Program-made: the position numbers and the translations under genes
Part shown: positions 12,991-28,500 of the stretch, one piece after another
Layout: every line of letters starts with the position of its first letter
Position numbering within the stretch: position 1 is the first letter of the stretch
The notes under the pieces: model-generated
Told to the model about the DNA's origin: nothing
Seen by the model: only the letters and a program-made list of their open reading frames with translations
Database searches by the model: none
DNA from: Owenia fusiformis
Lineage: Eukaryota
DNA length: 64,000 bases
Assembly (NCBI GenBank): GCA_903813345.2
Contig: CAIIXF020000001.1
Location: 29,264,001 to 29,328,000, forward strand
Reading direction: 5' to 3'

Positions 12991-15300
12991 TTTATCCCAT
13001 ACCAATCTTGCATTATCTTGGTCATTTGGTTCACATTGTTCAACCGTAGAAATATTTAAGAATATTCATGTTCAGTTTTGTTTTCTTGGCCGTGGCCGGA
13101 TTTTCCAGATATTCCCACATTTATTGTCTCGAATTGTCTACGTTTAAATCTGCAGCGTGTAAACATATCAAAATTGTCCAAAGTAGGTGAAAAATGCAGT
13201 AGTACAGTAGACCGATGAACTTCGTTCTCAAAACCGAGACTAGTCTGTATTTAGGGGCAACAAGGCCTTAAAAGTAATTTCAAAATTTTCTGTTTTTATC
13301 CGAGCATTTGGCTTAACATCTTCTTTGACATACCATTTTTCTAAAAATGTATGGATAAACTATCAATTTAGAAGTGTAAATTCAGTTCAAAGCTTCTATT
13401 AATAAGGGAGTCCCACTTATAGATTTTTAAGATCCACCATGTTTTAAGAAGAATATCAGCTGAAATAACGTCCATTCAGGTTTTTTTGAGTTGATGAAAT
13501 ATCCAAAAATAGATATTTTGACACTGGTCCATCATCATTAATGGTCCCTCTGCACTAATTGTTGCACCTTTAAGGAAGCAAAGTCAAATACATGCAAAGG
13601 GTGCATTTTTAACCATTGAAGACCAACATTTGATGTGATATTTGAATACTGTGTGTAATTTTCTATTAAAATAACTTTGATTTTGAAATTTTCTGAAAAA
13701 GGTTGAGCTAAATCCGTACTGACAAAATGTTTGAAAAAATATTTTTAAAGTTTATTTATTATTTCACAATTCTAATGTTAAATTGGAATCCACATGTCAA
13801 GATAACATAGTAACATGCCAATGGAGTTTCACATAAATCCATATGGAGATGAATCAAGAAATTAAGTGATTTTTACCAATTGTCTATATATTATGAATAG
13901 TATTCTGGCCCTATCAACACACATGCTGCCATCTATTTATCCATCTCTATATATCATAGAGAAAATGATCCATTGCGTTTATTTTTTCCAACTCCTCAAA
14001 ATCATGCATGCAAAACATAGAATGGATTTCTTTTGGCCTATAAATCTTCTTAATTAATAGAATACATGTACAAAATTATATATGCAATCTAACTCACTGC
14101 ATTGTGCTTTATGGTGCCATCTATTTACAGTTGACAATGCCATTTGGTGAAAATTAATTCTTTATTCCCCTATGTATTGGCTCCTGAAGAGGGTCCGAAA
14201 TTTATCAAAATAAATGATCCTTCCCAGGTTCTTGATCTTAGAATCTTAGGTTAAAAAATGTTAACATAACACAATGTATGATGATATAATCTTTATTGTA
14301 TAAATCATGTCAATATTTCAACTTACAATCAATATTGACTGCCAATTGGATTTTTCATAATATTGTAATTAATCATAAATTAATATTCATAAATATGTTA
14401 TTTATCATTAAAATCGCATTACAACTCATTATTTCATTAGAATAAAACTGAAATCCAAATTCACATTTCAAACATCAACTTTTGATCATTGACTCAGTCA
14501 GCACCATCTATCTTATACCTATTATTCAATGCGTACTATACACTGATTGATAATTCCAAGAAACATGACCCAAAAGCAGTTATTCGCTCAAGATTTTAAC
14601 TTCCAATGCAACAACAGGTGTTGAAGAATGAGCACGTTTTAAGTGATTTCAACAATCTTCGCGACACTTCAGGAAGGATTTTTATTATGACTGCAGGGGC
14701 GTTTTTTATATAAAAATTATTTTAGGCTTGTTTATTGTGGCATAAACAAGCCTAAAAATTAAGATTTATCTTGAGTTTTACAAAAATTGATGCAACTTCC
14801 TTCAAAATTGAGCTAGAAGCTTCAAATGAAAAGCATTTTAAAGCTCTTTCCTTCTTCTATCTCATGGTTATATTTTATTGGTTATGGGGGGTGCACCCAT
14901 CGCACCCCCCCCTGGCTACGCCTATGTGACTGGGTGCCTTATGGAGCTCAAGAAACATTAGTATAACAAAGTAGAAAAAATATGTGTTTCAAAAATATAT
15001 ATACATGTACATATATTTGTATAGGATAGATGGTGTTGATTGTGATCACTGCGGGTAAGATTATGAACATGATATTATGCCAAAATGTTAAGCACTTGAA
15101 TCACTATAGTTTACACTAAATAAAATACTTAAATAGAAAAATAGCATTGTTTTACCAAGTTCTCAACTTACTGTATGTACACCAAAAAGCCAACTGAGCT
15201 GTATCAAGATCGAGGAAAAGTTGATTGATATTGTGATAAATATTGACATAGAGGTGAGACTCTACAACTTTCTGTCATTATATAAATGCATATTCAAGTA

Positions 15301-15673
15301 CAGGGTGACCCCAAGCATGCAACCCATGAATAAATCAAAATCCCTGTAACTGTAAGTTTGATTATCTTGTGTAAACTATATGAAAGGACGCAAGTGAATC
15401 TCAACCTCTTACTAGAATGGGAAAATTTGTAATTTAAAATTTTGATGTACAAGATTATTTATACCACTCATATTCTGTATTGAATTTGATGAAAGATAAA
15501 CCAAACTTCAATCCCCAGGTTTTTTAACAATTTGTCAAATTGGTAGATGAGTATGAGTTACCATTGTTTCTTTAATTAAACATCCTATGTACGTACATGT
15601 GGAAAATCAAGAGGATTCCATCCTTATTGACAAAGTAATACCAAAAATAGAGTTGTATTTTTGGGTCAACCTG
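15301..15673. mobile_element. Tc1/mariner-type MITE
   Basis: TA|cagggtgacccca ... ttgggtcaacctg|TA. Confidence 0.55.
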
Positions 15674-16010
15674 TACTACTTTTACTTATTGTGCATTTGA
15701 GCCATTATTGCATATCTAAATACAGACATTATACTGTCATCATGTGAAGTGTGTGTTTACTTAATATAACATACATCATTTATTACTGCAATTTTACCAA
15801 GTCATATATTCATTGTACATATCATGTAAAAATTAATGTGCACTTGCCACTATGATTTCTACTTCACACTTATTTCACATTCATCCCAAAGACAACTTTT
15901 CAGACTTTCACATGTCCTTAATGCTTCACTGATGTGAGTAAACAAACATCTGTAGCATACAGAACTGACAAAAATGTTTTATGGACACCATTCAAAAGTT
16001 GTGATTCTCA

Positions 16011-16398
16011 ATTTAATTTTTAATGCAACATTTAAATTTGTTGAAGTCTCACAAAAACCCGCAATTTATATTAGAATATGTGTAGTTAATTCATTATCTT
16101 GGATACACGTGCAGAACTTTAAAGTCATGACAAGTCTGACATCATTTCATGTAACTAACAGATCAAATACTTAAATCAGCCAAATACTTTCTGTCATTGG
16201 TCTTTATTTAATTTTTAATGCAACATTTAAATTTGTTGAAGTCTCACAAAAACCCGCAATTTATATTAGAATATGTGTAGTTAATTCATTATCTTGGATA
16301 CACGTGCAGAACTTTAAAGTCATGACAAGTCTGACATCATTTCATGTAACTAACAGATCAAATACTTAAATCAGCCAAATACTTTCTGTCATTGGTCT
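16011..16398. repeat. Apparently identical tandem duplication, 195-bp period, 2 copies, in the kinesin 3' UTR region
   Basis: 16011-16203 is repeated at 16206-16398 with no difference I could find. Confidence 0.9.
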
Positions 16399-16563
16399 AC
16401 TGCAATAAACATTATATTGCATTGGTATTATCTGCTTTGTATTTCCACTCATCATGCAGACCTCTACTATCTTAAAGTCTTAAGTGTTCATCTACTGCCT
16501 TGTCATTGCCAAAATGGAATGCCACATTTGCTATATTTTTGGGACTCTTAAAGAGTGATAGTT

Positions 16564-19500
16564 CTACTTCCTCCTGGCAACCTTGGATGGAGTACTGCCT
16601 TTACCAAGGGTGCTTACTGGACTGTCCTGGAATAGAGGAATAAATTATGTTTAAGGTTTATTTACAGAATTGAATTTAGCGGAGTTGTACTTTTTATCCT
16701 CTCCTCGACTATATTTCATGAGCGAATCCAGGCCAAAACATGGAAACATCTATTTATGGATGCTTTTTACTACGGTTTTTGTGTCATTTCACGAATATAT
16801 CATTTTTATGGTAAAAGCAAGTGAGTGAATTTTGTATAAATCTCAAACATGACAGTACCTTTGAACATGTCTACAATATAATAGAACCTATAAATCTAGG
16901 ATAAAAATTGACAAAGGCGCATGAACACACCTCATACAACGCCAGCCTCTCTTTCAGCTCTGTCACCTCAGCACTCTCTGTTTTCTTGCTAGCTTGACCA
17001 AGCTCTACAGCTCGCACACGCTGGCCAAAGTTCAGACTACATATAGTTTCTCCAACATTTTTCTCAACTGGTGCCACCTGGACAATCATCAGAGTTTTAC
17101 TGTCACCACCTGGAACATCATTGAAATGTAAGGAAATACATTAACATAAACATTTCATCATCTTCAAATGCCCCATAATACTTTTCAAATATTGTTAAGG
17201 AGATACCATATATTTGTTTTCGGCTCTGTTTTCATATCATCTGATGTTTTGCATATGTTGTACATTGTGTTAGGTCTTACATCGTGGTCCAGTTTACATT
17301 AAACCATTTTCAATGTTAAGGACAAAACTCACCAAGGGAATCCTGTAAGAGGTAGGTAAGTTTGGAGTTTCTGTAGGGGATATGTCCCTGTTTATTCCTC
17401 AGAGCATGTATTACATCACCAAGTGATGACAGAGATTTGTTGATGCTCTGAGCCTCTTTCAATCTGGAACCTTCTGCTCCAGATTTACTAATCCGCTCAG
17501 ATCCAGCCAAATCTATGAGATTCAGTTTCCCTACAGATAATAAAAATCAAAATTCAATACACTATGATAAGTAAGATGAATTATTTCCTAAAATGATAAA
17601 TAACTCTGGGATATTTGGGATTTTTTTAGGGTGAAATATAAATTCTCTATTGTATGTTTTGGAATTGCATTAATGTTTTGCTTCTTTTCCAAATGAATTT
17701 CCATTTTGCAGAATACTGGTGTTTGATGAGGAATACGAATGGTGAAGTCTTATCAACTTGATTATTTATTTCCCTTAGTTAGGTAAAGGTTTCCTTAATG
17801 GCTCAAACCTGATATCAAACCACTTCTCCATTTCAAGATTGGAATGGTCTTATGATTAATATCTGTGATTAGGTTTTCCGGTTCTTGATGTGTTTGGTTT
17901 TACATATTGCAGGTGTTTCAGTAATATGTTTACCTATTGATTTCTTTCCTGTAGTCTTACTGACCCCAGTCACTGTGACACATAGCAAGCAGTGAGAGCG
18001 GGAGGAATGCTCATTCATGTTAGTGGTGGCTGTAGCTCTGTTGGTCTTTCCCAAGGCAAATGTCTGAAATTCATATGTAACATTCAGTGGTGAACAACTC
18101 CCATGGAGATGTGCAATATATTGTGGCAATTTTAAGAAATAATGAATAACCTAGCCTTGCCCAAGTCGGCATTTTTTTACTTATCTGATCTTGAATTATT
18201 ACCGCCTTGTACAATCCAATACACCTGCGCTGATATTATGCAGAGTTATTCAACGGTTTCGAGATTTCCATAATACCTACGCTATCAGGGGTATCGCGAA
18301 ACCTTATTGATTAACAGATATACGCGTGGACACGACGTGTGACTTCAGGCTGATTGACCAATCACAAAACGTTATCAGGTTGACCTGCATAAGCAAAGCA
18401 ATCTTCCCGATTTGAAATTCAATGATCTGATCGATCGTTTCTTTAGAGTTACAATATATTATCTAATCAAACGGACATAGGGAATTTAAGAGTCATTAAT
18501 ATAAATTAAATCATGCAATAGATTTAAAACTGATTTCGCGATGAAAATACAAGACCGAGTCCAATGTAGCGGGTCATGTAGGTAGTCGATCAGTGATTGA
18601 ATCTCAGCCTACATGTTCATTTGAATTCAGCGATCGTTTCAACGTTTATTGTCGAAATCTTCTCACCTCCGGTTACCGATCGATGCTCCGGCATCCACTA
18701 AACTCTGATTGATATTTATCTGATAAAATATACATGATGAATTCATGCAAGATTTGTTCGTGAAAAGTCCCGGCGAAAAGTAAAAAGTGTACTTGTTTTT
18801 GACCGTGCATAATAATGAGCTAACGCTGCAGGGCCGTCGTTGATTGGTCAAATTTTACCGACATAAACATTGAGTCGGTAAAGCACGTGGCTTTCTCTTT
18901 TGTACAAGGCGGTCATAATAGAAATCAAGATAGTAAAAAAGACCGACTTGGGCAAGGCTATGAATAACCCTGTATATGGTGAATGCAAGGCTTTTAGAAC
19001 TATATAAAGAGGGCAGTACTGCAGTTCAAATGTTCATATTCTTTCTAAAGCGAGGCTGTACAAGATAAACAGGTAGACTGCAATGTTCTTTTTATAGTCA
19101 CTACAACCCTGATACCATGGTGAATGAGGTCTTATGGCTAATGCTATCCATGTATCAGAGCTACTAAAATTCCGTTTTCCACGCTGCAGCAGAAAAAATG
19201 AAGAATTTTTAGTTTTGAAAAAATATGCAGTTTATTGAATTTCTGTTGGCCAATACATTTTCTCTATATTGTTACTATATACATCTGATGTTCAAATTGA
19301 TGTATAGAAAAATATGGCAGTTTTATTTTGATTTTCACACTATATCGACAAAAATGCCGTAAAAACATGACGCGATAAAATGCAGAATTTTTTCAGAATT
19401 TCAAATTTTGGCTTGCAGAATTTTGATATGATCAATTGCATCTTCTCTAATCAACATTGGGATATTAGACTAATTCTTATCTTAATCATTCCCTGTTACC

Positions 19501-22500
19501 AATGGAGTTTTATCAACATATGCATGAGAATAAATGATTTATGTTGTTAGAGATTTTTATAAGTTAAGGTAAGATAAGGGCCAACATTTTAAATCAATAG
19601 GATGCATTTATGCAATCGTTCTGTAGGTAGGCCTACTACATACCTCATTGACATCATCTAAACATGAGACTGGGACTGTAGTGAGGCCAGGAACATAAAG
19701 GCTGCCATCTTGGTTGCGTTTAATCTCCATCTTGTAAGATGGGTCAGAACTCAATAGATCCCTACAATTCAATACAATACAATACAACAATACAATACAC
19801 ATGGCTTAAAGCAGTAAATTTAAAATTTCCTGAAAATTTAATGACGAAAGACGAGGCCAAGCAAGCGGTGGGTTTTGGCGGGTCCTCCCTCCAAGAAATT
19901 TTGGAAAAATGAGATTTGATTGAGGGCTTTTTCGAGTAATGTAGACCCCACATACACTTTCAAATTTGAAGGAAAAAGTGTTTTCATAGGAAAATTATAA
20001 CACTAATTTTGAAACCCTTGCTTGACCCCATTCTCCCCCCTAGAAATAAATCCAGATTTGTATTGAACTCAATGGGGTCAGATTTTGGTCAATTTTTTCC
20101 TGAAATTTCCTGAAATTCCTGAAGACTTTAAGCCATGCAATACAACAATATGGTCACAATGTGTAGCAGTGTAACAAGCCCTTGTGGCCCCCTCCCATTA
20201 CAACAAGTGTGAGAAGGTGTATAGTCAAGTAGAAGGGGGGGGGGGACAGAGCTGTGTAGGTAGACTTCATACCAACCTAAGCATTTCATTATATATCTCC
20301 ATGACGCTCACTGAGATAGTGTACTGCCACTCAACGCCCCGTTCCTCTATGATTGTAAATAGCTCTGTCAGCGCCCTCTGGTTGATGCCTGCATCACCAT
20401 ATACACCCTGCAGACAATGAACACATAGAATGATGTAACAGGAAAGTTAGGGGATATGGGCATTGCCAAATATTGATCTGCCTGATCCCCTTAAATCACA
20501 GAAAATAGTGGCAGAAACTTGGTGGAAGACTAACATACATTATGCCCTAATAGTGCAAGACACCAATCTTTAGTTCATATAATACTTCTTTCAGTTAATT
20601 CTTACTTTTTCATAGGAGCTTGGACAGCCTCATTATTACTTCTATATTTCATTTTCCTCTTGAAACAAATAGCTCATACAATATGAGCATTTCATGGTTT
20701 ATATTCTCTAAAATGTTTATATCACTTACTTCCATGGTGTATGTTTTGCCAGAGCCAGTTTGTCCATATGCAAATATACAAACATTATAGCCATCAAGAC
20801 AGGATACCACCAGTGGCTGTACTTCATTAAACACCTACAAAATAATAAATACTGTATTAAATATACACTGATGTAACATAATAATAATAAACCACTGCCA
20901 TTATATTACAATAACTCAAACACATTGTAATGCTTTTCTATATGGTCTGCACATATGAGTAAATTACTACAAATTCTAGCCAGCTAAGCTCCTTAAAAAT
21001 GTAAGATATATGATTCCATTAATTGCAGCAATTGGTTTTTATGATAATTCATATTTAATAAGCACTAATGCTTCCTACATGTTTTGTGTTTTGCTACATG
21101 AACAGCCACAGTGACAATAAAACCAATAAATATCATATCAATTTGCAATCAAACATTGAATTCAAGGATTCAATTGAAATGAGTGAAATGAGTGTCATAC
21201 TATTTCAGTATTTGGGTCAACCCAAAACAGTATCTGGGTCTTCCATTGTAACCCTTGTTATTTTAAATCAATCCATAAGTTTTCATATTTCAAGCTTCTC
21301 AAAGTCTGACATTAATAAAGGATTTATTTATTTGTACTGATGCCCTAGGGCCAAACATACATCCAACAATACATAAGATATTACAACTATACAATTACAA
21401 AAGGAATAGTAATAAAGTAATAAAAATACATTCATTACAGTACATATATAATATTATTACTGATCATTAGAAAATGTATCATGTCAATCATTTCTTTTGT
21501 ATGTCATTCAGAAATGGTTTAATATTATTGCACAAAATTTCGAGTTTTGAATTTTTTTAATGTAAGATTGTCTGATGTACACCATTATGCTGTGGCCTCG
21601 GAGGTCAAAATCCCATTGTTAGGTCATCTTGTATATAAAAAATTAGTATAAAGCACATTTAAATCTATATGTCCTTATGATGTTAACTGTAACACAGGTA
21701 AGTGCAAAGAAGTAAATAAAAAATAAGAAAAAAGTATTTCTTTGTACACAAAGCTTACCTGTACTTGTGTACTTTTTTCTGTAAAGAGACTATCCACTTC
21801 AAATGTTTGAGTTCGACCTTTATTCGCAACATATAGCACACAATCATCATCTTGATCGTAGCCAATCGCTTTTGTTGCTGGTGGGCCACTCCCATCTTCT
21901 TTGATTTGTGGACGGACTCTGCAAAAAACTCTTATATTGCCTGAAAATTAAAATAAAATAACAATGCATTAATAATTAGAATAAAGGTTCTGAGTATGCT
22001 TGAATTCCAACTTATATCCTGTTTGTTCTAAAATAGGGCAAGGAGATTTCTTGAACATTCAGAAATATAGGATTTTAGGAAATATGTTCAATCAAATTAT
22101 GGTAATGAAATAAGACTTTTCTCTTACCTTTTAGTTCTACCAATTCATTATGGTATTTCTTTCTGAGAGCCATCTCCTTCTTATACTTCTTGACTAGTTC
22201 TTGATTGTGCTCACTTATGTCAGATATAGATTTACTTATCTGGAAATTAAAGTAAACACAGTTGTCATTTTTCAAAAGTAATTCAAATTCAGCGTTTGGG
22301 TCAAATAACTTTGTGCTGTACTCTCATCTGTAAACACAATTTAAATTCTCTAATTACTTCCGTCCAATAATTTTGTGCTCTGTAAAAGCTATAAGTAATC
22401 TACAATAGTATGAAAAACCATGGGTGATGATAAATATGTCAACATGAACTAAACAAATTCAACTCACTTCCTTGGTTGTCTGTTTCACTGCTGTTTTTAT

Positions 22501-25500
22501 GACATTTGGCATGTTCTCACACTGTTTCTTCAACTGTGTGTAGTCCTTCATCAGATCCTTCATCGTTGGAGTCATCAAAGACAACTTTACTTTCATCTTT
22601 GTAAAGTTTGCATTGAGTGTTTCCATTTTTTGGTCTGCTTGTCTCTGGGCTCTCAGTACAGCTTCTTGTTTCTCCTGTTGACATCTATTGATCTCTGCTT
22701 CCATCTCTTGTTGGACTAACTGCATCTCTTTGCCATAGTCATCCAGCTGAAATGAAATTCAGAAAAATATCACTATTTAAGGCATTAACATGAAAATGTC
22801 AACCTCTGTCATTAGTTATAGATGTTGATGCCAAACATCAACCACCAAACACCAATTGCCATCCTCAAAAAGGTGGAGACTATAACAATATGTCAACACA
22901 TCTAGCAGTGCAGTGCAGTACAGTACAGTATACTCATTAAAAACATTATATTACTGAAAAAATGTAAGACAATAGATTCAAATATAGTCCAGGTTCCTCA
23001 GAACTTTCATATTGATAATAAAAAATTCTATAATGATTAAATATCTCAGATATTCAATAAAATATGTCAGAAGTCTCTTATTCTTACCTTTGTATTAAGC
23101 TTCTTCACCTCTCCTTGTTCATGGACTAACTTTGCCTGACTATTCTTATATAACTGTTGCAGTTCTGACAGTTCCCCTTGTAGCTTTGTGTTGTCCTGAA
23201 TGGACTTCTCCAGTGATATTCTGTCTTTCTTAGACTCCACCTCCACTCTCTCTATCTTGGTGACCACCTGCAAATAAATGCTTTATAATATGACAGGAAG
23301 CTTGGACTCTGGGGAGGGAACTTGAGGGGGGGGGGTGTGATGAGAGGTTCTGAACATCTCTATCTTTGTATTCATCTCTTCAATTAAGATTAGTTAGAAT
23401 CAAAAAATAATTAAATCACTGTGGAGGAAAGTAACAACTGTTATCAAATTTTGAACATCACCTTAACATTTTTTAAAAAACGCGTAAAAATAAATACTTG
23501 AAATAACTAAAACTGTTAAGCTATTACCAACATACCTCTGGTGGTTTAGCCTGTAATGTTGTCAACTCAACTCTCAATTGTCTTAGCTCCCTCTCTATCT
23601 TTGACTTTTCTTCTGAGACACCCTGTAACTTCCCATAATGCCTTGTCTCCGCCTGCTTTAGCTCTGTACATCTCGATTTTAGCTCAGATTCTAATCGGAA
23701 TATTTCTTTTTGCTGGTCATCGATCTTAGTTTCCAGTCGCTAAAAATAAAATATCTTGATATCTTTAATGATTATGAACAACTGAAATTACAGATAAAGT
23801 ACTATTTCTATTGGATTAAATCTTGATCCTCTTGTGCATGATGTTCTAGACTCAATTTCAAATTCAGAAAAAAAGTTTGCACAGCATTCATAGGATTATG
23901 ACTTTTTGGCAGAACATTCCTCATTTTGTATAAAAGGCTGTGCTGTTTGCTGGTATGTTTGTGAATTGGTATACAATAAAGAAAACAGAGTCCTCTGAAT
24001 TCCCGTGTTATTTGGAAAAATCATAGTCTAGACAGTAATTATTGTAATATTAAAATGTTTCATATGATTTTGAAGTTAATTAGTTATATTCTATGTTCTG
24101 CATAATTAATACTAAATGTTTGTATTTGACACAAAGTACATCATTTATCAATTAATGAATTAGAACTAAAACATATATTATATTACTTGTCAAAAAGTGA
24201 TTAATCATAGAAGTAGATTCAAAACTAGTTTATAATGTGTAAAACCTTTATCTGTGCAGTGTCTGTCTGTATCTCACGGATGACTTGAGGTTTTATATTC
24301 CTAGCTTCTCTGAGTTCTTGTTGTAATTGGTCAGTTTCTATCTCCAGCTTCTGTAGTTGTTTTTCAGTGTCAGTGGTCCCTGTGTTCTACAAACATAAAA
24401 CAATCCTGGTTAGTCGGGAAATTGATCATACCTATACTCATCATATATTTCTGTCTCCAAACTAGAACCTTATAGAAATTGACCAATAGAAGGTTGTGAT
24501 ATCTCGCAATGGATATCTATTCTATTCTTTTTATTTATTTCAAGATTTTGTACATAGAAGTGTTTACAATCTATGAAAAATACATCTCATAAGCCATATA
24601 GATTTCATGTTCTAAAACATAAAATATCATATAAGGATTGAACAGTCAGATTGAGTAGGTTCCACAGTGAACCTTTTTTCAAAGTGACAGTATGTATGAT
24701 TTTCCAAGGTTTTTATTTGAGATAACATGAAATTGATGGGGTATCAAAAGGGAAAGGACATTCTTAATCGAAACAATTTTACATTTCAAAGTACCTATCG
24801 GGGGCCCCATCATGGTTTAAAAGAAAAATCCTGCCATAAAAGTAATAAAAAAAATATAATGACATACATGTATACTGAGACAATTATCAAAAGTAAGTAG
24901 AGTTTACTACAACATACATATACAGATGAATATCGAAAACTTGGATTTATATTTTACAAAAGGTGCCTACTTGGACTCTTTTCAAACTTTATCAAAAAAC
25001 AACAATAAACTAGTGATTTTGATTATGTCATCAGACATTTTCTTGATTGAGCTATGGTTGATAATCATAACCAACCCACAGAGGTTCATAATTCTACAAA
25101 TTTATTTGTTTGTAAATAAGACCAAAACTCCCGATTCAAATTCTGTGAAAAAAAGGCAGCTGTTTGATTTTGAATTTTATAATCACGACCTGACTCCATA
25201 TGATAAAAATGGCAGCCATTTTGAAATTCAGCTTTCAAGATATCCTATTTGAATTCCTTAAAATAATATGGTTCTCAGTAGCCCTAATACATATGCGAGT
25301 TCGAGCTCTAGCAGAATCCATTTAAAATCCCTTATTCTTTATTTCAAATAATATTGGAGAAAACGTCTGTTTATTTTATGAAAAAGTCACAAAATTAACT
25401 TCCTGTCTACGTTTTAATTTCGTCCCATACAAACATAATCCATGGAGTTAGACATATAATAGCCTGACATCAATAAATACAACAAAAATATTCAGCATGG

Positions 25501-28500
25501 TATGTGTATAAAAGTTTACCGACGTTCCGCAGTTACAGATAAGATGAATTAGTCAACATCCAGATCAAAAGAGATATATTATCAAAACTACATTTTTCTA
25601 TAAAAAATGCTAGCCATTTTGAATTGAGCAGTCATATCGAAACTTACTTATGGAGCAGAAGTCTTACACCTATAAGGCGCACTTTGTTCAGTAGGATAAA
25701 AAATAATTTGAAGTAAATTCACTTAACCATGTTCAAATATCCAAATATCTATCAAATATTGACATTTTAATGATTAATTGCCATGCTTCTTTGGTGCTCA
25801 GGGTCAATAAATTTTAATTGGAGTTTAATAGCCTTTATACCCAGTATACAAAACAAATTACAGAACAAAAACCAATACTCCAACATACAATAACCAAAGA
25901 GAAGATGGCAAAGATTTTAGGATTATTTCTGTTCATATTGGGACTCACATTATGTGCTGGTGGAATAAAGAAAAAAATGGAATTGACTACTGATGGTAGG
26001 TTTAAGCTGATGAAAGTGATTGTATTACATTGCTTAAGATTAGGGTCCGATTATGCATCGGAGGAATTATGAAAATTTTAGAATTTGGTTTTCCTTGTTT
26101 GTAATAAAAGCTAAGACTTCCCTAGAAAAGTAGGATGACATAATATGATCAAATAGATCATCTTGGTACATAAGCCAGAATCCCAGTGACCCTATTACTC
26201 AGTTTGAATTGGACTCGGAAAACAGGTTATAATACAGGTTTTCTGCAAAGTTATGTAATTTTAAAAATATGGGTCTGGTTTTCGAGTGGTTTAACAAGCA
26301 TTTAGATACAATACTTGGCGCTATCTCTTGTCAAATACATGCAGACTTGCAATAAATTGGCTATTGCAAAATGCAAAATCAGATCTTCAAATAAATCGCT
26401 TCATATCTTCATCCAAAACTTTAGGATTCGAAAGATAAGTTATAACTTGTACAGGAAGAAATGGCAGATTCTACCTAAATTTAAAATCGTTGATTTCTCT
26501 GGACAAATTCCGAGAAGAAATTGTTCATCATCATGATCAGCTCAGACTATACATGTTGTGTGCATATCACTCTGAACTCGTGTGATAAAATATGACATCT
26601 TGATTGGTTACTACTTGTGTTGTCATGACGCGAAAGGCAGTAGTAAACACTGAACATGTTAATGAACTGCCATATATGGAACATTTGTCTCTCTGATTGG
26701 TTAACTATACACGGCTCCTGAATGAATATAGTAGTCATAGTAAATGATTGATTGATAACTATAGAAAGTGGGCGTGACCAGCTTTATTTTGACACTGAAT
26801 TCAAGATGTTTCAAATTAAAATAGCATCGCAACACGAGGTTGAAATATCGGCAATTTGATGGTGATATGGTCTACGGTAGATCAAAATTAACTGCCCCGC
26901 GGTATGTGACCCTATATTTGTTCAAAAATGAAAGTGATAGTGACAATTTTTAATCTTAATACCAATATTACAAACACATATCTATTTTTTGGCTATTAGA
27001 TCTTTAAATATCCTAGATATTCAATGATTACACTGGTCAATATCAGGCAAAGGTCCTCTTTCAAAATGGTAGATGCGAAGTGTCAATTTCAATAGTTTTA
27101 GTTTTTAGTTCATCACATTGAACCACTTTGCTGTGGACACTGGGAGTTGAAATTTCAACCATATCAAGTTATGTTTTTTTTAACTATAGAGATCAGCGCA
27201 TGTAACAGTGTCAAAGTGTTTTTGGATCTTATGTTCAACATGGACAACTGGAAGGAATTTTCCAAGAAATTTGCAGAGGATGCAATCTTAATACTGGATT
27301 CACGGGAGATAATTAAAGGAAGAAAAGGTTTTAGTATATTAATACCTATTTACAAAATCTATAGGGTGAGTCTTTGCACTATAGTTGTGCTGGCATACTT
27401 AAGATGCAAATATACATGTAATGAACAACCCCGCCAAGTTAAAATATCAACATGTATTTTCTAGTGGTGCAATAACAGTTGACTCTAAGGTCCATAATCG
27501 CAACTTGCTTTAGTCTGTTTTAAATCGCAATAGCCAACAATATTACAACTTATTTTAAATTAGATGTTTGAAAATTAATTTAAGACATCAAAAGATGCAT
27601 TTTTTGGTTGACTCTTGGCTCATTTTTTCTTTGTGACTTGCACAACTAGTATTTTCACAATACTTAATAATTAAGAAATATAGACCAAATAGCAGGGGTA
27701 ATATTGTCTAATACACCCCGCAGGGCTAGGCACAAACGTTTTCTGTACCCCGAATGACCGAAGGGAGTGAGGGTTTCGAAAGCTTTTGTGCCTAGCCCTA
27801 AGGGGTGTATTTAACGATAGTACCCCTGCTCTGAGGTCTATATTACGATTCGAACATGAAAACTCACCAAAATGTTTCGAATATTCATCATGGTCCGTCA
27901 TTACTACGACCCACCGTTATGACGTCACACATTACACGTATTACCAGGGGTATTGATCGCGAATATATCACGGGTTATTCTCATAACTCATTGAATCACA
28001 TAAATTATACTCATTAATTCTGACAATTTTGTACCAACTAAAATGTCACTTTAAAAAAATTTCAGCTATCTATAAGTATTTTTACCAAACTTATGGTGGT
28101 TTGGGATGGGAACAGATAACAACATCAAATGGGATCCTAGGTAACAAATTTTGTCCATACAAGTATGGTACAGTATCACTTCTCTTTGGATCTGGTGAAG
28201 AAGTCTCGAAACACAGGTAGGTTCTTAAAATGTATCTTTAATTAAGATTTATCAAACTTTATCAAACCATTCTGGTATGTTATCATAACACACATTGAAT
28301 ATTATATCATTTCATATGATGTGTTTAATCTGACAACACAAATCTAGGCAATATACCCAAGTTTCTTTAGAAAAGGAAAGAATTAGTGGAGAGGTCACAT
28401 GAGCTTTGTATAATTTTATAACAAATAACAGCATGTATTCTCCTGATACAAGGTATTTTAATAATAGATAGCTGTAATGTCTTACTTAGTACTTACACAT

